From a bacterium (GTDB lineage: Bacteria > J088 > JAWLBW01): 48,724 nucleotides of DNA. Position 1 is the stretch's first letter. The number at the start of each line of letters is the position of its first letter. Below are positions 43,899-48,724 of this stretch, piece by piece. The notes beneath the pieces are model-generated. The model was not told the origin of the DNA and ran no database searches. It was given only the letters and a program-made list of their open reading frames with translations. The position numbers and the translations under genes were made by a program. Location: the NCBI GenBank assembly GCA_041690355.1, contig JAWLHK010000029.1:1-48724 (forward strand). The letters are read 5' to 3'.

Positions 43899-46211
43899 AT
43901 GGAACGGAAACGACTCTTGGGGGCAGCAGTCGGATTGGCAGTGGTCGTGGCGTGCGGACCCGACGCGAGTGATCGTCGGGTGGTCGATGGCGCGGATGGC
44001 GTGCGCCCCGCGTTCGAACACGGCGACAGTCTGCAGACACCGCTCCCGCAGAGCGCGGTTCCGCAGTTCGTGCAGCCCCTGCCGTTGCTGACCGTGCAGG
44101 GTGGTCCGCTGCAGACGGTCTCCGGCGAGCGGCCGCTGACTCTGCGGATGTGCGAGTTCCGATCGCGCATCCTGCCGCCCGGAACGCTCGGCGGCACCGA
44201 AGCGCCCGAGACGTGGGTCTGGGGCTATGTCGCCGACGACGCCTGTCCGACCGGAGCGCGGGATACCTACATTGGTCCCGTGGTCGTCGCGACGCGCGGC
44301 GTGCCCACCGAAGTGCTGTTCGAGAACAATCTCCCGAATGCCGGGGCCTCCGGCGTCGTCTTCTACCGGAACAGCCTCGATCGGACCCTCGACTGGGCCG
44401 ACCCCGAAAACGACGAGGCCAACCTCTGCGACATCCCGGGCTTCATCCCCGCCTTCGGCTCGTTCTGCGCGTCGCAGTATACGGGGCCCGTGCCCGCCGT
44501 AACGCACCTGCATGGCGGCGAGGTTCCAGCGCAGCTCGACGGGGGACCCTTTTCCTGGTTCACGGGGGATGGCGCCCATCAGGGGAGCGGCTACTATACG
44601 GCGCCGTTCCGCCAGGTGGCGGGTAATCAGGCCGTCTACCGGTATCCGAACGTGCAGGAGGCGGCGCCGCTCTGGTTTCACGACCATGCCATGGGGGTCA
44701 CGCGGCTCAACGTCTACGCGGGGCTCGCCGGCGTATGGCTCCTGACCGATCCGGCGTTGAACCTGCCGCCCGATCTGCCCGCCGCCGCCGAGACGGTGCC
44801 GCTGGTGCTGCAGGATCGCATGTTCGATACCAACGGCCAGCTCTTCTACCAGGCGAATACGAACGGAGGCATCCAGTGGGCGCCGAATCCGGATCACCCT
44901 TACTGGGCGCCGGAGATGATCGGCGATGTCATTGTCGTCAACGGCAAGGCATGGCCCTATCTCGACGTCGAGCCGCGGCGCTATCGCTTTCTTCTTCTGA
45001 ACGGCTCGCAGGCGCGTACCTTCGAGCTTTACCTCGAAGACGAAGAGACAGGGCAGCCCGGCCCGTCGCTGCACGTCATCGCCAGCGACGGTGGCTACCT
45101 CGACTTTCCCGCCGAAGTCGACCCCCAGGCGGGCGGGCGTCTGCTCATGATGCCGGGCGAGCGGTATGAGGTGCTCGTCGACTTCGGCGCGCTCTCGGAG
45201 GGGACGCGGCTCGTACTGCGGAACACGGCGGCCAATCCGTTCCCCGACGGCGATGCGCCCGAAGAGGATGCCGACGGCCGCATCGTACAGTTCCGCGTGG
45301 GGTGCGGGGCAGGCGGCTGCCCGGCCGACCTCAGTTTCGACCCGGCCGGCGGGACGCCGTTGCGCACGGGAACCCAGGCCATTCGCCGGCTCGCCGATCC
45401 GGTTTCGGGATCGCTCGCGGCCGGGACCCGGGTCGACGCGACGCGCCAGTTGACGCTCAACGAGGTAGTGAAGGACGAGTCGACGGTCGTGAATCCAGTC
45501 ACGGGCGAGCTGATCGAGTACGAAGGGGGGCCGCTTGAGGTGCTGCTGAACAACAGCGAGCTGCTCGGCATGCACCAGCGCGCGCAGGATGATTTTGTGA
45601 CGGTGAGCCTGGGCAATCTCTCGCTGGGAATTCAAGAACGGCCGCGCGAGGGGACGACCGAAGTCTGGGAGTTCGTGAATCTGACGGCCGATGCGCACCC
45701 GATTCACCTGCATCTCATCCAGTTTCAGGTCCTGAATCGCCAGCCCTTCGACCTCGAGGCGTATGAAGAGACCTACGCGGCCGCATTCCCGGCCGTTCCC
45801 GGGCGTCCGGAATGTACCGGCGGGGTGTACTGTCCGGAATACGGGCCGCCGCTAGACTATCGGGCCGGAAATCCCCGGGCGCTCGGCGGCAACCCCGACG
45901 TCGTGCCCTTTCTCATGGGGCCCGCGGCGCCCCCCGAGGCCTGGGAGGCGGGGTGGAAGGATACCGTCATCGTGCCGCCCGGAGCGGTAACACGCCTGGT
46001 CGCGCGATGGGCGCCGGTCAATCTGCCGGTCGACACGCCGAGCCCGGATCTCTACTTCGCCTTCGATCCGTCGGCCGGGCCGGGGTACGTCTGGCACTGC
46101 CACATTCTCGACCACGAAGACAACGAGATGATGCGGCCGTACAGGGTGCTGCTGAACCCCGAAGCGCCCAAGCCGCCGCTGCGGCCGTACGTGCAGGGGG
46201 TCGATTACTGA
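43899..46211 (+). CDS. Multicopper oxidase (CotA/bilirubin-oxidase-like), lipoprotein
   Basis: ATG 43899 gives lipobox VVVAC; all four Cu motifs present: HLHG, WFHDH, HPIHLH, WHCHILDHEDNEMM. Confidence 0.93.
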   Translation: MERKRLLGAAVGLAVVVACGPDASDRRVVDGADGVRPAFEHGDSLQTPLPQSAVPQFVQPLPLLTVQGGPLQTVSGERPLTLRMCEFRSRILPPGTLGGTEAPETWVWGYVADDACPTGARDTYIGPVVVATRGVPTEVLFENNLPNAGASGVVFYRNSLDRTLDWADPENDEANLCDIPGFIPAFGSFCASQYTGPVPAVTHLHGGEVPAQLDGGPFSWFTGDGAHQGSGYYTAPFRQVAGNQAVYRYPNVQEAAPLWFHDHAMGVTRLNVYAGLAGVWLLTDPALNLPPDLPAAAETVPLVLQDRMFDTNGQLFYQANTNGGIQWAPNPDHPYWAPEMIGDVIVVNGKAWPYLDVEPRRYRFLLLNGSQARTFELYLEDEETGQPGPSLHVIASDGGYLDFPAEVDPQAGGRLLMMPGERYEVLVDFGALSEGTRLVLRNTAANPFPDGDAPEEDADGRIVQFRVGCGAGGCPADLSFDPAGGTPLRTGTQAIRRLADPVSGSLAAGTRVDATRQLTLNEVVKDESTVVNPVTGELIEYEGGPLEVLLNNSELLGMHQRAQDDFVTVSLGNLSLGIQERPREGTTEVWEFVNLTADAHPIHLHLIQFQVLNRQPFDLEAYEETYAAAFPAVPGRPECTGGVYCPEYGPPLDYRAGNPRALGGNPDVVPFLMGPAAPPEAWEAGWKDTVIVPPGAVTRLVARWAPVNLPVDTPSPDLYFAFDPSAGPGYVWHCHILDHEDNEMMRPYRVLLNPEAPKPPLRPYVQGVDY

Positions 46212-46280
46212 AGGCCGGCGCCCCGGGAAGACAAACGGTTCCCCCTCGTGCGCAGGTTTACAGGATAGGGAACCGGGCTT

Positions 46281-47141
46281 CTACTCTCGCTCGTAGATGA
46301 GCACCGTGACCGTTGCCGTGCCCGTTTCGCGGGATATCCTGACCTGGTGCAGCACCGCGTCGACGTCGAGGTCGCCGTCACCCTCGAGGTCGACCCCGAC
46401 GCGCTTGTCGAGCGTGAGTTCGGTCGTCGTCATCGGCCCGTGGCCCCATTCGTCGACGCATTCCGAATAGCGGGGGCGCTTTTCTTCGGTCGTGATTTCG
46501 AAGTACGGAAACGAGCGCGAGCCGCCGAGCGAGTACTCGATGCGTATCCGGCCGCCCGTTTCTTCGAGGTAGGCGGCGTAGATGCTCGGGTGGTCGGGAT
46601 AGGCGGCTTCGACCTGCTTCGTACACGCGTCAAGAACGGGCGCGATGTCGTACAGCACGATGGGGCCCTCGGCCTGGCTGGAGATGGTGAGGGTGTTGAG
46701 CAGATTTCCCGCCGGTTTTTCCGAGGGGGCAACGCCCCAGGGATCTTCCTGGACGGCAGCGATCGAGCCTCCGTCGGCAGAGGCCGAGCCGGGATCGCGA
46801 AGGTGCGCGGTCACCTTGTCGCCTTCGATTTTTTCGATGAGAACGACCAGATCGGCCGCGCCGTCGCCGTCGAGGTCGACCTGCTGCGGTTTGCCGACGC
46901 TGAAGGACTGAATGACCGGCTCCGACTCGATCTGCAGCACGGCCCGATCGGTGTAGACCTCGAGCACTGTGAAGGTATGCTGCTCGTCGCCCAGAGAGAG
47001 AACCTGCGGCGCGCCCAGGGTGAGCGTGACCTTGCGATCGAAGACCGCCTGGCCGGAGTCGTCCACGGGGTCGCAGGCGGAAGTCGAGAACGCGATCGCC
47101 GCGAAAAGAACCGCGAAGAGGCGTGGGCAGAGGCGGATCAT
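46281..47141 (-). CDS. Lipoprotein of unknown function with two DxDGDGxxD-type Ca-binding loops
   Basis: Signal MIRLCPRLFAVLFAAIAFSTSAC; VDLDGDGAADLVV and VDLEGDGDLDVDAV. Confidence 0.75.
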   Translation of the reverse strand: MIRLCPRLFAVLFAAIAFSTSACDPVDDSGQAVFDRKVTLTLGAPQVLSLGDEQHTFTVLEVYTDRAVLQIESEPVIQSFSVGKPQQVDLDGDGAADLVVLIEKIEGDKVTAHLRDPGSASADGGSIAAVQEDPWGVAPSEKPAGNLLNTLTISSQAEGPIVLYDIAPVLDACTKQVEAAYPDHPSIYAAYLEETGGRIRIEYSLGGSRSFPYFEITTEEKRPRYSECVDEWGHGPMTTTELTLDKRVGVDLEGDGDLDVDAVLHQVRISRETGTATVTVLIYERE

Positions 47142-47234
47142 GTCATGCACCGGATTGTCGAGTGGTTGCGGGCGGGACGCCCGGGGGCCGGATGGGAACC
47201 GGGTTGGTTGCGGGGCCAGTGGGGGAGCACAACG

Positions 47235-47264
47235 ATGCTAGCAGCGCGGCACCGGGATTGTCAA
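47235..47264 (-). promoter_or_regulatory. Sigma-70-type promoter for the 47141 lipoprotein gene
   Basis: Minus strand reads TTGACA-N18-TAGCAT with extended -10 TG. Confidence 0.6.
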
Positions 47265-47361
47265 CACGCCGCTTCTCCGCCCCGGCCGTCCTTCTACTGC
47301 CGCCCGGAGGCCCGCATCCGATATACTGATGGGACTCCTTGTTTTCCGGCGGAGACCCTGC

Positions 47362-48600
47362 GTGAAACCGATCGCCCAATCCAGCAAGCTGCGCAACGTC
47401 TGCTACGACATCCGGGGACCCGTGCTCGAAACGGCCCGCCAGATGGAAGAGGAAGGGCAGAAGATTCTCAAGCTGAACATCGGCAACCTCGCGGCCTTCG
47501 GCTTCGAGGCGCCCGAAGAGATTCAGCAGGACATGATGCGGAACCTGCCGTCTTCGGCCGGCTATTCGGATTCCAAGGGGATCTTCGCCGCGCGCAAGGC
47601 CGTCATGCAGCAGGCGCAGCAACAGGGCGTTCCGGGGGTGACTCTGGAGGATATCTACCTGGGGAACGGCGCGTCGGAGCTCATCACGCTCGCCACGAAC
47701 GCGCTCCTGAACCCCGGCGACGAAGTCCTGATTCCCGCGCCCGACTATCCGCTGTGGACGGCCGCCGTGAGCCTCTCGGGCGGGAAACCGGTGCACTATC
47801 TCTGCGACGAGACGAAGGGGTGGATGCCCGATCTGGAAGACATCGAGCGCCGCATCACGCCGCAGACGCGCGCCATCGTCATCATCAATCCGAACAATCC
47901 GACGGGCGCCGTCTACTCGCGCGACGTGCTCCAGCAGATCGTCGAGATTGCCCGCCGGCACGAACTCGTCGTGTTCGCCGACGAGGTCTATGACAAGGTG
48001 TTGTATGAAGGCGCCGTGCACGTCCCCATCGCGTCGCTCTCCGACGATGTCTTCACCGTCACCTTCAACAGCCTTTCGAAGAGCTACCGCTCCTGCGGAT
48101 ACCGGTCAGGCTGGATGGTCGTGTCGGGGAACAAGAAGGCCGCGAAGGATTACATCGAAGGGCTCACGCTGCTCTCGTCGATGCGCCTCTGCGCCAACGT
48201 GCCGGGGCAGTACGCGATTCAGACCGCGCTGGGCGGATACCAGAGCATCCAGGATCTCGTCGGCGAGGGGGGCCGCCTGCGGCGCCAGCGCGATCTGGCC
48301 TGGGAGCTGCTCACGGCCATTCCGGGGATCACGTGCGTGAAGCCGCAGGCGGCGCTGTACCTGTTCCCCCGCCTGGATCCCGAGGTGTACCCGATCGCGA
48401 AGGACACCGAATTCATCCGCGAGCTGCTCGTCGACGAACGCGTCCTCGTCGTGCAGGGGACCGGCTTCAACTGGCCGCGCCCCGACCACATGCGCATCGT
48501 CTTTCTGCCCTACGAGGAGGAGCTGCGCGACGCCATCGGGCGGATGGCGAGGTTTCTCGAGAAGTACCGAAGTCGCGCGGCGGCGCCGGCGGGAGTCTAG
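47362..48600 (+). CDS. alaA: PLP-dependent class I aminotransferase, AlaA-like alanine transaminase
   Basis: GTG 47362 after GGAG; SSKLRNVCYDIRGPV, LKLNIGN, GYSDSKGIFAARKA, GNGASELI, INPNNPTGAVYS, DEVYDK, SKSYR..GYRSGW. Confidence 0.93.
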   Translation: MKPIAQSSKLRNVCYDIRGPVLETARQMEEEGQKILKLNIGNLAAFGFEAPEEIQQDMMRNLPSSAGYSDSKGIFAARKAVMQQAQQQGVPGVTLEDIYLGNGASELITLATNALLNPGDEVLIPAPDYPLWTAAVSLSGGKPVHYLCDETKGWMPDLEDIERRITPQTRAIVIINPNNPTGAVYSRDVLQQIVEIARRHELVVFADEVYDKVLYEGAVHVPIASLSDDVFTVTFNSLSKSYRSCGYRSGWMVVSGNKKAAKDYIEGLTLLSSMRLCANVPGQYAIQTALGGYQSIQDLVGEGGRLRRQRDLAWELLTAIPGITCVKPQAALYLFPRLDPEVYPIAKDTEFIRELLVDERVLVVQGTGFNWPRPDHMRIVFLPYEEELRDAIGRMARFLEKYRSRAAAPAGV

Positions 48601-48626
48601 AGGTCACTTCTCGGCCGGCTTTTGGA

Positions 48627-48657
48627 GGGGGGGAGTGGGGGAGGGGGAGAGTGGGGG
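48627..48657 (+). repeat. G-tract cluster (G7-G5-G5-G5), potential G-quadruplex
   Basis: GGGGGGGAGTGGGGGAGGGGGAGAGTGGGGG directly downstream of alaA. Confidence 0.6.
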
Positions 48658-48724
48658 AACCAGCAAGGGCGCAACAAGGACGAAGCAAGGGAGTAACCCT
48701 TGCGTATCCCAGGCGTCTGCCGCC

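Overview
GC-rich bacterial window, probably Myxococcota or a related deltaproteobacterium. This is an inference from the many large multidomain lipoproteins (RCC1, TSP3, Ig, Kelch) and a sigma-54-type promoter. Layout: (1) 222-9161, two convergent giant lipoproteins (TSP3/Ig/RCC1; malectin/Ig/sugar-dehydrogenase-like propeller/Kelch). (2) 9497-34691, a ~25 kb Wzx/Wzy-dependent exopolysaccharide locus, likely fucose-containing and acetylated: wzx, wzy-like, wzc, wza-like, priming transferase, three GT2, four GT4 including WcaI-like and a GT4-WcaF in-frame fusion, gmd, fcl and manC. Embedded in it are two convergent GH71-like (alpha-1,3-glucanase family) genes with three catalytic-type domains, one lacking the WNDxxE Asp. 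(3) ~34800-43600, an accessory region. It holds HicB plus a HicA frameshifted by one extra CCCAT unit, a decayed RelE/Gp49-like toxin, a modular repeat lipoprotein, a small Cys-rich lipoprotein and a cupin. It also holds an AT-richer, translationally coupled three-gene operon (DUF4160-like toxin, DUF2442/HTH-like antitoxin, KGGVGR ParA-like ATPase with TPR-like tail) behind a perfect palindromic operator, the best candidate here for an undescribed defence/conflict system. (4) 43899-48600, multicopper oxidase, a lipoprotein and alaA. No rRNA, tRNA, CRISPR array, integrase or transposase was recognised. All family calls are motif recognition by eye, not database searches.
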